Below, piece by piece: positions 1 to 12,575 of a stretch of DNA of 64,000 bases (its first letter is position 1; the number at the start of each line of letters is the position of its first letter). The notes beneath the pieces are model-generated. The model was not told where the DNA came from, ran no database searches, and saw nothing but the letters and a program-made list of their open reading frames with translations. Position numbers and translations under genes: made by a program. The DNA lies in the NCBI GenBank assembly GCA_965644265.1, contig OZ286461.1, forward strand, positions 76,694,001 through 76,758,000, read 5' to 3'. Source of the stretch: Glycera tridactyla (lineage: Eukaryota).

Positions 1-713
1 GGATCAGAATTGTCACACAATTTGATCTTTTATTAGATGGAGCTATGATTCTTCTTCATTTGCTCTTTGTATATATCAAGCCAAGGTATGAAATTGCTGG
101 AACTTCAGCGAGATATGAAGGACCAAATTTTGCGTTTCATTATTCTAATAAAGGAAATGAAACATGTTACAGATGGAAATGGACACGATTAAGTGAACGG
201 CTGCCCATATCGAATGCTACCTTTCTAAGGTTTTCAATCCATCCATCACAAATGGCTAGAAAAGTAGTCTATCAGCGCTTCATAATCATAGAATCCTTCA
301 GGGGAATGAATATCATACTCCATACAAGAGCATTGCACACAGATGTGCACCTTCACCAAATGAATATTTACTTCCTCTGAATTTTGATCCGAGACTGAGA
401 TTGCAACTCTGAGAGAAACAGATAGCAAGAACAAATCAAAAGACAGAAGAAATTGGAACATTACAAGTACCATGTACCATGTGACGTGTGACAGATGTGA
501 TATAGAGGTGATATTATACTCTGTACAGAATACGTTATATTCAACACCACATGAGTATTCAATCATTCATAAGATCATAGCCAATATCGTATCTATGGTC
601 AATATCCACTCAGGGATCATTTCTATCAAGAACTGGTATTCAATTCACATTCGAGACAAATAATCATATCATGATGCTGGTTAATTGTCATTCTCCTCAT
701 CTGACCCACTGGA

Positions 714-715
<2 letters not shown>

Positions 716-761
<46 letters not shown>
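716..761. repeat. (TA)n microsatellite; a second (TA)n at ~1497-1548
   Basis: Dinucleotide runs read directly from the sequence. Confidence 0.97.
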
Positions 762-764
<3 letters not shown>

Positions 765-1494
765 TACATGCTGAGGGTTTCATTTGTGGAGGTATATCAG
801 CTAGCCCAATTTATCAGATGGCCTTCTACACGTTTAGTGCCAAATTTCCAGTCTGCGTATAGCTTTCGTATTCCTACATATCCCAACAGCATTCTGTACT
901 CATATCCATATCATATCATCATTAGCTTCTTTGCTTTTGTGCTCATATGCTTGCCATTAGCAATGCCAAAATCTCATCATCATCGGATGAAGCCGCTGAT
1001 TGCTTCCTTTTTGAGAATTTCACCACAGCTCAGCTGGTGTCAGCAGCCGCGTCATCTTATCAAGGCTGAGAACCCAGACGGTCTATCAAACTTCAACACT
1101 ATGCATACATGATGCCCGTGATGAACATGTCATCTTCGACAATTTTTCCCTCTGATACTTCGCTCATGAATGCAAAAGCAAACTTGTCAACAAGCAAGTG
1201 CTTGTGGAATTACTTATCATCATAGTCTTAATTCCACTTATTAATAAGTGATGATTCTATGAATCAACGATCTCTTGATGCATTGGGCCTGATTATGAAT
1301 AGAGGCAAGTCAGTAATTCGTCTCTAAATGCGACCAAATGATCTTCAATGTTTGATTTATGTTATCAGAGGAACACAACATGTGGAATACGTAACAGACC
1401 GTGCTCAAGAGTGATACAAATAGTTCATGCTATGATTTACTTGACAAGATGCTCATCAATCATCTATACCCGATAGGTAATGTATATTTCACAT

Positions 1495-1548
<54 letters not shown>

Positions 1549-2952
1549 GCAGCTAGTTCAGATTTGGCTCCTACGATGATCAGTATTGTGGATTGAATAC
1601 TCATAGTAAGTGACCTCCAGAATTGTCAATGAGAAAGTGTGTCTTAGGTGTACATTAACTTGGCATTTGTGTTCTGCCACATCGACAGCGATATGAACGT
1701 GTTGAATGGTCACATACATGTCCATGCATTTTTTACCAGTACATGTGAAGTGGAAGAATTGAATGACTCGATTTTTGTCATCGCGTTAGTGTCGTGAAAT
1801 CACGTAACAATGGTGACATCACGCTACTATCTGTCTACACTAAAGGAACATGGCTGCAGTGCACCACCATCCAAAGCATATGCTATTCTCAACTGTATTG
1901 CATACATGCACTATATGTCGACCATTACAACACTGTGAAAGGCTATTTCGATACACTGTATCTGCATTCTCACTGGCCTCCGGCCTTGCAAATTTGACAA
2001 CACGCAATACGCAATACAGCATCAAGAAACAGACTTTGGTGCATATCTCAGTCTACCATCACCAACATTGACTCTCTAGTATGTGCTAGACTATCAACAG
2101 TAATCCGATGTACTGATACAAACAACATAGAACACAAATGTCGACCCTTTTTGTCGTCAATCATCTTCTCTAATGCATATGGTTCATACATTTAGCATGG
2201 AAGCCAAGTGTCCAGATCGGATCCGGGTTGATGATCGGACTCCGATTCTTCAATAAGAGTTCATCGCCTGCATTCAGGATGTACCTCCAAACTCCCATCA
2301 TTGTTTCCTCTTATATTGAGATTGAGACAATTTGTCATATGTCGCAAGTACGAGTAATTTGTCGCAATCATTATGAAGAAGGACAGTGAGAGAGGTCTAC
2401 TGTCAAATAAACGGTGTAGGATTTCCAAATGGTTCTATAAAAGCGGTAAAATTCGGAGCCTGATGAATTTAGTTCTGATGATGGGCTCAGTTCATGATGA
2501 GATTACTCCACAGAGTCATCAGTTGAAACTTTAGGGGTCTTCTTGGTACCGAAGCACCCTGGAAGCTCTTGCAACGAGCTAGATCATAGGCTATCCCGTC
2601 TGAACCTTTCCTACATGCCCACGCTTTAGTAAAACGTATTTTTCAGATTTTTCATTTGTTGCTAGATGAAATTCCTACACATCCTATCGAAGTATCAGGT
2701 TCAGCGAGATGGATACATTTCAATCCAGAAGAAATCGGGGACAAATATTGCGTCAAAAATCATGAGGGGTACAGAATTGGAATTCTCATATGCTCAATGA
2801 TAGGTGAAGTGTTTGCTTCTCAATGGATCTGAATGCTGCAGATTGACCATGAAATCGTATTGATAAATCTTCGTCAGTGATAGGGCACATACATGGGAGT
2901 ATGCTGATGGTGATTGTGGCAGAGCGACATATATATAGGAAGGTGTACATAC

Positions 2953-3407
2953 CTAAGATCATTTTGGCAGGCGATTCCGGAGGCAGCCAGAATATTACCA
3001 GTGTTAATGATGATAAAAGCACGCAAGGCAATATCAGAATATAATTGTAAAAGGCTGCTATGCGCTTCAAGTTGAGCGTGAAAGTTAAATCAGGGTAAGG
3101 TTCCTCGCAGCAGGGATAATACTTGGTGTTCTTTTTCGCGGGGTGCTTCATTAAGCCCCACTCATTACTTTCGATATAATCACTGACATCAACTTCCTCT
3201 AAGGAATCGTAAAAGTTGATATCAAGTTTAAATCCATCATATGTCCAGGAGCCGAACTTGAGGTTGCACTCTTGTTCGTCGAATGGGAAATGTGTGATGT
3301 CTATACTACATGTGCTTTTGAAGATGGCCATTGGAATCCAAAGGACGGTACCGTCACTGGAGATGACAGCCAGAGCATCGCGCTGCTCTTTTAAACGGGT
3401 ATCGGCA
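2953..3407 (-). CDS. Nicotinic acetylcholine receptor alpha-type subunit, 455-bp exon (C-terminal half of ligand-binding domain, TM1, start of TM2)
   Basis: Translation (Y)ADTRLKEQRDALAVISSDGTVLWIPMAIFKSTCSIDITHFPFDEQECNLKFGSWTYDG...YYPCCEEPYPDLTF...YNYILILPCVLLSSLTLVIFWLPPESPAKMILG contains the Cys-loop (C-x13-C with FPFD), loop B WTYDG, vicinal CC of alpha subunits, and TM1. Acceptor tcttcctctgcag ends at 3408; donor G|GTATGT starts at 2952. Confidence 0.96.
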
Positions 3408-4397
3408 CTGCAGAGGAAGAAAAACACAAGGAGCATGTGATAAGACATCCAAGCAAAACATACGGTCAAATGCATTACATATGTATCACAATCATTTCAA
3501 TTATATATTCTCTATATTCATCTAGACATTCCTTACACACGAAGATGCATTCATAGGAGGCAAAATGTATCGCTTAATTCCCATTTTACAGTATTCACAG
3601 TGAAAAGCGACTAATAACTATTGCTTCAATTCCTCCGATGATCAGAAGAAGCTCAACATTTCTTTTAATTTGCCTGCATTATACTTATATTGGAAGTAAG
3701 AAGGATGATCAAAACATTTATGTTAGTAGCGTGTTACTGGGAAGAATAAAATACGTCGCCTTCATCTCAATAAACATATATCAGTAGGATAAGTACATTC
3801 AGGACAAGCATTATTTTCTAATATATTAACAAATTCGAGTTAACAGTCACACAGGGGCGTGAATGTTGTGCACATTGGATGGTCTATCATAATTTACACG
3901 AGACTTCAAAAGTAAACATCAATCGCTAAAAAGTTTGGCCTATATTTGAGGACAAATTGTTCCATCTTCAGAAAGGCACCATTGTCACACTATGCAGGAT
4001 GTTACATTGACATCGTTTCGACATCAAGATTGTCGGTACAACAGATCACAATATTCATATTGTTTGTATGTCTACTAATTCCGTCCGTCGATATCTGAAT
4101 GGCAGCATCATGAAATCTGAACTGTGGTTGAGTAATGCACTCAAATTTCGGGAACTCACCTATTGCAGGATTGTAGAGGGAACTCATGTTAGCTTATTTT
4201 CTCAATTGACCCAGAAGCATAATAAGACTTACCCCGAAGATTGAGGAGTGCCTACCTACTATGTATTAGCATCCAACTGTCATGTGGCCGTTGTGCAAAT
4301 AGAAGTACTAACCTTTGATGTACTAGTGTCGGGCATTCTATCATCTTTCAATCAGATAATATCAAAAAGGAGCAGTAGGGAGGTAGTCAACATGATG

Positions 4398-4564
4398 NNN
4401 NNNNNNNNNNNNNNNNNNNNNNNNNNNNNNNNNNNNNNNNNNNNNNNNNNNNNNNNNNNNNNNNNNNNNNNNNNNNNNNNNNNNNNNNNNNNNNNNNNNN
4501 NNNNNNNNNNNNNNNNNNNNNNNNNNNNNNNNNNNNNNNNNNNNNNNNNNNNNNNNNNNNNNNN
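4398..4564. other. Assembly gap (N run); further gaps at 52151-52458 and 56772-56914
   Basis: N characters in the sequence. Confidence 1.
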
Positions 4565-5199
4565 TGGCCACCACTAACAACCAAGATAATGTCTATCATG
4601 ACAGCAATGATGGACGTGACACCCCTTCTACTGACAGGAATGACTCTACTGTATAATCGGCCCAGTATGGAACGCCATTGGGGACTTTATTCACCATTTA
4701 GGGTTCTCCCTAATTCGATTTATGGAGAACCATATTTATTTAGGGAGATCCCTAAATCATTTACGGTATTCCCTAAATCGAATTATGGAGAACCCTAATT
4801 ATTCGAGTATTTAGTGATCTCCCTAATTCGAATTATGGTTCTCACTAAATCAGAATTATGGAGAACCATAAATCGATTTAGGGAAAACCATAATATGAGA
4901 AATGAGCTGGTCGAATTAGTGATTTCCCTTCTTGAATTATGGTGATCCCATATTGAATAATGGATTTTGGTATCAAACTGCAAGGATTGCCACGACATTA
5001 AGTGAGAACCATAAATCAATTATGGTATACCCTAAATCACGACTATATGCCAATATCCATATATCATTTAGGGAGTTCCATAAATGATTTATGGAACTCC
5101 ATAATTCAGTCATGTTGCAAGTCCACCAAATTTAGTGATCTCCATAAATTGATTTATGGTTTTCCATGATTCGAATTAGGGAACACCCTAAATCGAATT

Positions 5200-7030
5200 A
5201 GGGATCTCCCTAAATCGATTTATGGAGTTCCCTAAATTAGGCCAGCCCATGGTGCTGCCATCTTACTTCAAATGAGGGCATTTAGGGAGATCCCTAATTT
5301 GATTTAGTGATCTCCATAAATCGATTTATGGTATTCCCTAATTCAAATTAGGGATCACCCTAAATCGATTTATGGAGTTCCCTAAATCAGGCCATCCCAT
5401 GGTGCTGCCATCTTACTTCAAATGAGCGCATTTAGGGAGATCCATAATTCGATTTAGTGATCTCCATAAATCGTTTTATGGTATTCCATAATTCGAATTA
5501 GGGATCTCCCTAAATCGAATTAGGGATCTCCCTAAATCGATTTATGGAGTTCCCTAAATTAGGCCAGCCCATGGTGCTGCCATCTTACTTCAAATGAGGG
5601 CATTTAGGGAGATCCCTAATTTGATTTAGTGATCTCCATAAATCGCTTTATGGTATTCCCTAATTCAAATTAGGGATCACCCTAAATCGATTTATGGAGT
5701 TCCCTAAATCAGGCCATCCCATGGTGCTGCCATCTTACTTCAAATGAGCGCATTTAGGGAGATCCATAATTCGATTTAGTGATCTCCATAAATCGTTTTA
5801 TGGTATTCCATAATTCGATTTAGGGATCTCCCTAAATCGATCTATGGAGTTTCCTAAATCGGGTCATCCCATGGTGCTGCCATCTTACTTCAAATGAGCG
5901 CATTTAGGGAGATCCATAATTCGATTTAGTGATCTCCATAAATCTTTTTATGGTATTCCATAATTCGAATTAGGGATCTCCCTAAATCGATTTATGGAGT
6001 TCCCTAAATCAGGCCATCCTATGGTGCTGCCATCTTACTTCAAATGAGTGCATTTAGGGAGATCCATAATTCGATTTAGTGATCTCCATAAATCGATTTA
6101 TGGTATTCCATAATTCGAATTAGGGATCTCCCTAAATCGATTTATGGAGTTCCCTAAATCAGGCCAGCCCATGGTGCTGCCATCTTACTTCAAATGAGGG
6201 CATTTAGGGAGATCCCTAATTCGATTTAGTGATCTCCATAAATCGATTTATGGTATTCCCTAATTCAAATTAGGGATCACCCTAAATCGATTTATGGAGT
6301 TCCCTAAATCAGGCCATCCCATGGTGCTGCCATCTTACTTCAAATGAGCGCATTTAGGGAGATCCATAATTCGATTCAGTGATCTCCATAAATCGTTTTA
6401 TGGTATTCCATAATTCGAATTAGGGATCTCCCTAAATCGATCTATGGAGTTTCCTAAATCGGGTCATCCCATGGTGCTGCCATCTTACTTCAAATGAGCG
6501 CATTTAGGGAGATCCATAATTCGATTTAGTGATCTCCATAAATTTTTTTTATGGTATTCCATGTTTCAAATTAGGGATCTCCCTAAATCGATTTATGGAG
6601 TTCCCTAAATCAGGCCATCCCATGGTGCTGCCATCTTACTTCAAATGAGTGCATTCATGGAGATCCATAAATCGATTTAGTGATCTCCATAAATCGATTT
6701 ATGGTATTCCATAATTCGAATTAGGGATCTCCCTAAATCGATTTATGGAGTTCCCTAAATCGGGCCATCCCATGGTGCTGCCATCTTACTTCAAATGAGC
6801 GCATTTAGGGAGATCCATAATTCGATTTAGTGATCTCCATAAATCAATTTATGGTATTCCATAATTCGAATTAGGGATCTCCCTAAATCGATTTATGGAG
6901 TTCCCTAAATCAGGCCATCCCATGGTGCTGCTATCTTACTTCAAATGAGCGCATTTAGGGAGATCCATAATTCGATTTAGTGATCTCCATAAATCGATTC
7001 ATGGTATTCCATAATTCGAATTAGGGATCT
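5200..7030 (+). repeat. 150-bp tandem satellite (~12 units) inside the foldback element
   Basis: Marker GGTGCTGC(C/T)ATCTTACTTC recurs at 5251, 5401, 5573, 5723, 5873, 6023, 6173, 6323, 6473, 6624, 6774 and 6924. Units are built from ~21-22-bp quasi-palindromic subrepeats (TAGGGATCTCCCTAAATCGATT). Inverted units at ~7035-7130 and ~7975-8340. Confidence 0.95.
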
Positions 7031-7133
7031 CCCTAAATGCCTTCATTTGAAGTAGGATGGCAGCACCATGGGCTGGCCTGATTCAGGGAACTCCATGAAT
7101 TGATTCAGGGAGATCCCTAATTCGATTTAGGGT

Positions 7134-7134
<1 letters not shown>

Positions 7135-7183
<49 letters not shown>

Positions 7184-7452
7184 GTCATTCTCTCTTTCTC
7201 CTCCCCCTCTCTCTCTCCCCCGTCTCCGTCTCCGTCTCTGTCTCCCGCGTCTGCTCTCGCTCCTGCTCTCGCTCCCTCCCCCTTCCATTTCTCCCTCCCC
7301 TCTCTCTGACTCTCTTTCTCTCCCTCCCCATCTCCCGCTCCCATTCCCGTTCCCGCTTCATGACGTCACAATTGATCACATACTGATTGTGACGACCCAG
7401 AGCTTCCTTCATTATGACGTCATAACAGCAATCCCCGACTTCGTTTTCTCCC

Positions 7453-7519
<67 letters not shown>

Positions 7520-7790
7520 ACCTCACTCTCTTTCTCCTCCCCCTCTCTCTCTCCCCCGTCTCCGTCTACGTCTCCGTATCCCGCTCTTGCTCCAGCTCCT
7601 GCTCTGGCTCCCTCCCCTTCCCTCTCTCCCTCCTCCCCCTCTCTCTCACACTCTCTCTCCCTCTCCGTCTCCCGCTCCCGCTTCATGACGTCACAATTGG
7701 TTGTACCCTTGGTATCACACACTGATTGTGACGAGAATGAGCTTCCTTCATTATGACGTCATAAGAGCGACCCCCGACTTTGTTTTCCTA
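7135..7790. repeat. Duplicated (CT)n-rich cassette at the centre of the foldback element
   Basis: Two (CT)n runs (~7136, ~7455), each followed by a related pyrimidine-rich tract and CTTCATGACGTCACAATTG...CTTCCTTCATTATGACGTCATAA (at ~7356 and ~7681). Confidence 0.9.
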
Positions 7791-10472
7791 GATCAAGCCA
7801 GTGGTGCTGCCATCTTACATCAAATGAAGGCATTTAGGGAGATCCCTAATTCGATTAAGTGATCTCCATAAATCGATTTATGGTTTCCATAATTCGAATT
7901 AGGGATCACCCTAAATTGATTTAGGGATCTCCCTAAATCGATTTATGGAGATCACTAAATCGAATTAGGGATCTTCCTAAATGCCTTCATTTGAAGTAAG
8001 ATGGCAGCACCATGGGTTGGCCTGATTTAGGGAACTCCATAAATCGATTTAGGGAGATCCCTAAATAGAATTATGGAAAACCATAAATCAATTTATGGAG
8101 ATCACTAAATCGAATTAGGGATCTCCCTGAATGCCTTTGTTTGAAGTGAGATGGCACCACCATAGGCTGGCATGATTTAGGGAACACCATAAATCGAATT
8201 AAGGAGATCACTAAATCGATTTAAGGATCTCCCTAAATGTCTTCATTTGAAGTAAGATGGCAGCACTATGGACTGGCCTGATTTAGGGAACTCCATAAAT
8301 CGATTTAGGGAGATCCCTAAATCGATTTAGGGTGATCCCTAATTTGAATTATGGAGAACCATATTTCATTCAGGAAAAACCATAAATGATTTATGGTTCT
8401 CCCTATATCTTCGAATTAGGGATCTCCATTAATAATTTATGGAGAACCTTAAATAGATTTAGTGATCTCCATAATTATTTAGGGTTTACCCTAATTCATT
8501 TATGGAACACCCTAAATGATTTATGGATCTCCCTAAATAAATATGGTTCTCCATAAATCGAATTAGGGAGAACCCTAAATGTTGAATAAAGTCCCCAATG
8601 GCGTTCCATAGCCCAGGGCTGTACAATGGATACGGGAATTGACACATTGAGTGTCTGTGAATCCCCTGTTGGGGACCTTGGAAGAGGGATAACCCGTGTC
8701 AATCGCATAGGCCTCTCAGTATAGATCAGATGGTACTGAAAGAACGTAAAACAATCAAGCAACCAAGTGACTAACAGTCTTCACTGAGTTGTTATCTCCC
8801 ATCATGAATCGAAGCAATACTCACCGACAACAATCACCACTGGCTAAGATGTTGGAGTTGCCGTGAGATGAATCATGAGAAAAGGTACATATGAAACAGT
8901 CAGGGTGTTAGACCAGCCCAATGTGTTTATTGATGGATCTATGCTGTCACTTCGTTGCCACAAAGATCCATTCTTGGAAAGAAGATGGCGATTACCAAAC
9001 AGAGAAACTCCGATATTTTCGATGTAATAGAACCAATCGCATAATGATTATGTCATTGGTGATGATGATCGTATCATATTGATGGTGAGTATGTCATTGA
9101 AAATGATAGTAACTAAGATGATGGTGGTGGTGGTAATGATGGTGGTGTAGGTGATAGTGTGGTGCTGGTGATTCAAGGTCGATTCACGTCGCTTCAAATT
9201 CATATACAGTGAATTCTGTTGATGATATGGCGCCCATATGTCGCGTATTTGTGGCTGCCAGTGTCCTTGCTATCGATTCAGAAAGAACGGGTTGTCACAT
9301 GAGAACACTGGGAATAGATAAACAATTTAATTAGCAGAGAGCTGCATTTTGTGGTCATCTCTATAGCAGGACACTTTTATTGAAAGCACTGGCATCTTGT
9401 TCATATCCATTTCAAACCAGTTCTCGTGGTTCAAATGCTCGATGAAAAGGGATCCATGTTACTCTGGACATCTCCAACCGTGCCTGAATCAACATCTATG
9501 AAGGCTGCATCCTGTGAATCATCATCAATATTCGAATATCTAACAGAGCTAAACATAAATCATAAATCTGCCAGAGCTATAATATCACGAGCATGGCCAG
9601 TTTGTTGTGCAATGATGTCTTCCCCATATGGTCGTCGCATTCTAATGGCTTGTATACTTTCAATAGATCGAAATCAGATACGATTCTAGTAAAAAAATAA
9701 AATTCAGAGTTCTCAACCATTCTGTGTTCAGGATTTGTGAGAGCGATAAACCTGACATCCATATATCTGACATTCATAGATCAGGAACCCATGACCAACA
9801 CATCCTTTTGGTTGACACATGCTTTCAAGCTTCAATTGATCGATCAATCAATCTGTCGATTAATCATTCAATCAGACAGTCAGTCAGTGAGCCAGCTGAT
9901 TAGTCAGTTTGTCAGTCAGTCAGTTATCCAGTCAGTTGATCTGTTAGCCTTTCAGTCAATCAATTAGCCAGTCTGTCAGTCTGTCAGTCTGTCTGTCTGT
10001 CTGTCAGTCCAATCAATCAATAGATCAATCAAGCTCACCATTTGCACGACCATTTGAATGCCAAACAGGACGAGGCAAGGACATCTCTTTCACCTCATGC
10101 TGGTAAGGTTCGAAATGAAGTTGTTTACATGTGACCGGTCACCGGTCACCAGTCGCATCAGTCACTAGATGGCACTGTGTCAATTGGTGACATCTAGTGT
10201 TTCCATAGTGATGCATTCTCCTGTGATGTCACAATGAGAGATGAGAGCCCATTCTCTCATCCCAGTCGAAATATTTGATTTAGGCTCAGGTTATCCAGAG
10301 TTTCGGCTTTATTCAGTCACCAAATAGCAATTTACAATTTCTGAGAAATTCCCCCCGACTTGGTTCAAAGATTGACGATCCAAAAAGTTTTCCACTTCTT
10401 TGTGTGGCCAAATACAACTAGAATTCATTTCGGAATTGATTCATCTCGATGTTAGTTTATATTTGACATTAA

Positions 10473-12279
10473 CCCTTTACTGCATACACCCCAGCGACAT
10501 GACGTGCATCTATGCACTTGCACCAGCTTACCGTGACCTGTTTCTCAAGGCAGACGTTGAACTACACTGTGTGCATGAAAAAATCACTACATGACGTGAT
10601 TTTGACACCTCCAACATGGATTGTAGAGAGTCTATTGTCAAGCCCTGTATCCATGATAATCCATCAATGACCACCAAAATATTCGTATAAGGCAAACAGA
10701 ACACGCAGAAAACGATGGTAAGTATGGATTTTCGATTGGAATCGCCATTTTATCCCAGATGATCGAAAGAGCAGATATGACAGACGTGGTGATCCCGGCC
10801 GTACACACTGAATACATGTCAGATGCCATGTCAACAAACCAGACCTTCTCGAGGAAAAATATTTATCATGTCCGGAATACAAAGCCGATCTTCACACACG
10901 TGTGTGAAGACGTGTATGAAGACGGCATGCTGATATTTCAAATAGTTTCTTCACAAATACAAGTTGAGTACAGATTTATGCACCACTTTTGGGGGGATAA
11001 AAATTGCGCCACACTGACGGATGACTGCCAGATATTTTCCAAACCAAAACAGCAAAAAATACACAAAAATTTTGACCATCATTGAAAAAATCATTGGATA
11101 AACGTGATGCTTGTATTCTTTTTGTGTGTATTGGAAGAAAAAACTGTGGAAATACGACGAATATTTGCTGAATGGAGGTGGGATGAAGCGTGGCGTCTGT
11201 ATAACCACTCTCACTCACTTTGACAGGTCAATCGCGAGTTTTCATCAATGACTTTGCGTGGAATATCTGCAATCGCTTCAAGAATACGGGTCATAACTGA
11301 ACAAATCATGTACGTATATATTCACAAGGAGTTCCTCTACACGTCTATGCAAACGGAATGTCGATATTTTGAATAATTTCTTCATAAATGGAGTGAGAAT
11401 ATGGGGCCGGCTTTGACAACAAGAATGCTAACTGCGTCTCAATGTGCGGATTTCCCCGGGGAGGAGCACCACAACTTTATGGCAGAGTTAACCCAAGAAA
11501 TAACCGAAATCCATGAAACAGCATGTGATAAATGGATACCTCATGGCCTTTTTGTGTGTGTGGGGGGGGGGTGTAAGGTTAAAGTGTGAACATATGACGG
11601 ATATTCGCCAAATGAGAGCCGAATGAAGATTGAAGTCTGAATCAGCTGTGTGGAATAACCCCACCTCGTTCTGATTTGTCAATCCCGAATTTTCTATGAT
11701 AACTTTCATGTGGAATTTCTGCCATCTCGCCGAGAATCTTGGTATAAACTGCACAAATCATATACTGTTATGATCAAAAGAACTTTTGTGTAGACGGCAT
11801 GTCGATATTTCGAATATTTTCTTCACAAAGAGAGGTGCAAGTTGCCGGCCGGCGGTGACAACAAGAATGCTATACTGCGTCTCAAACACGTTGCTTCCGC
11901 GAATTCATACATGGCCTTACCAGCGAAAATACCATAGATATATTGAACTCACAGTGAAAACGATTGTACAATTAAATCTGCGGATATCCGTTTGTACATA
12001 CTCCATGTATAGATTCCGAAAATCCGTCGAATATTCGCCATAAACAGTGGAGATGTCAAGAGAGCAGCTACATCCCTATTTTTAGAATGTGTTTCGTTCA
12101 TATCGATATTCGCGGGGAAAGGCCTCCCAAAAATTATTTTCTGAAGTATGGCAATTCATTTTTTCCCGATATTTTCGTCAAGATGCGTCATACGGCGTTT
12201 CATGCACCAGGGGACACACGTGAATCGGCGTTTCATGCACACCAAGGTATGCGACAAACGGTGTCATATGCAGTAAGGG
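10473..12279. mobile_element. piggyBac-like non-autonomous DNA transposon (~1.8 kb)
   Basis: Left end TTAA|CCCTTTACTGCATA (TTAA 10469-10472) and right end TATGCAGTAAGGG|TTAA (TTAA 12280-12283): CCC...GGG termini with TTAA duplication. Subterminal GTGCATGAAA / TTTCATGCAC motifs at both ends. No long ORF. Confidence 0.65.
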
Positions 12280-12575
12280 TTAAGTATGTTTGTATACTTT
12301 TTTACCCCAGGCTTAGAAAATTGAATTATTCTAAAGTTCAGTGTCTGTTTCAAAATAACCTTCAGCTGTGGAGTTTCTGTGTATTTGAAATGAAAAGCCC
12401 CTTCCCCCAGTGTTGGCTGAATAGTGTCACTCTGTAAACATTCACCCAGGGGCCGGTGTATGTACCAGTCCACTGGGTCGAGGGATCCTTCGTGTTGGTG
12501 GTCACATACGTGTAAATGTCCTCAGTTAGAGTCAATCAAGTGACCTATTGGAGTATTTATTATCAATCTTCAGTG

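Larger units (their letters stand above)
4666..8610. mobile_element. Non-autonomous foldback-type DNA transposon (~3.95 kb) with ~100-bp terminal inverted repeats and a 6-bp target-site duplication
   Basis: The left end TATGGAACGCCATTGGGGACTTTATTCACCATTTAGGGTTCTCCCTAATTCGATTTATGGAGAACCATATTTATTTAGGGAGATCC is the near-perfect reverse complement of the right end ending ...CCCCAATGGCGTTCCATA at 8610. GCCCAG flanks both sides (4660-4665 and 8611-8616). No transposase ORF inside. Confidence 0.85.

Noticed and set aside
1-2952. Next nAChR exon (TM2-TM3)
   Set aside because: No matching minus-strand peptide found by eye; probably beyond the window start.
2786-3475. The 229-aa ORF as a complete gene
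   Set aside because: Only 2953-3407 is receptor-like. The N- and C-terminal extensions lie beyond clear splice sites.
7132-7722. SL/RE-rich ORFs
   Set aside because: Translations of (CT)n microsatellites.
4666-8610. CRISPR-like array (short palindromic repeats)
   Set aside because: No unique spacers: the intervening sequence is itself repeated. No cas genes, and the context is eukaryotic.
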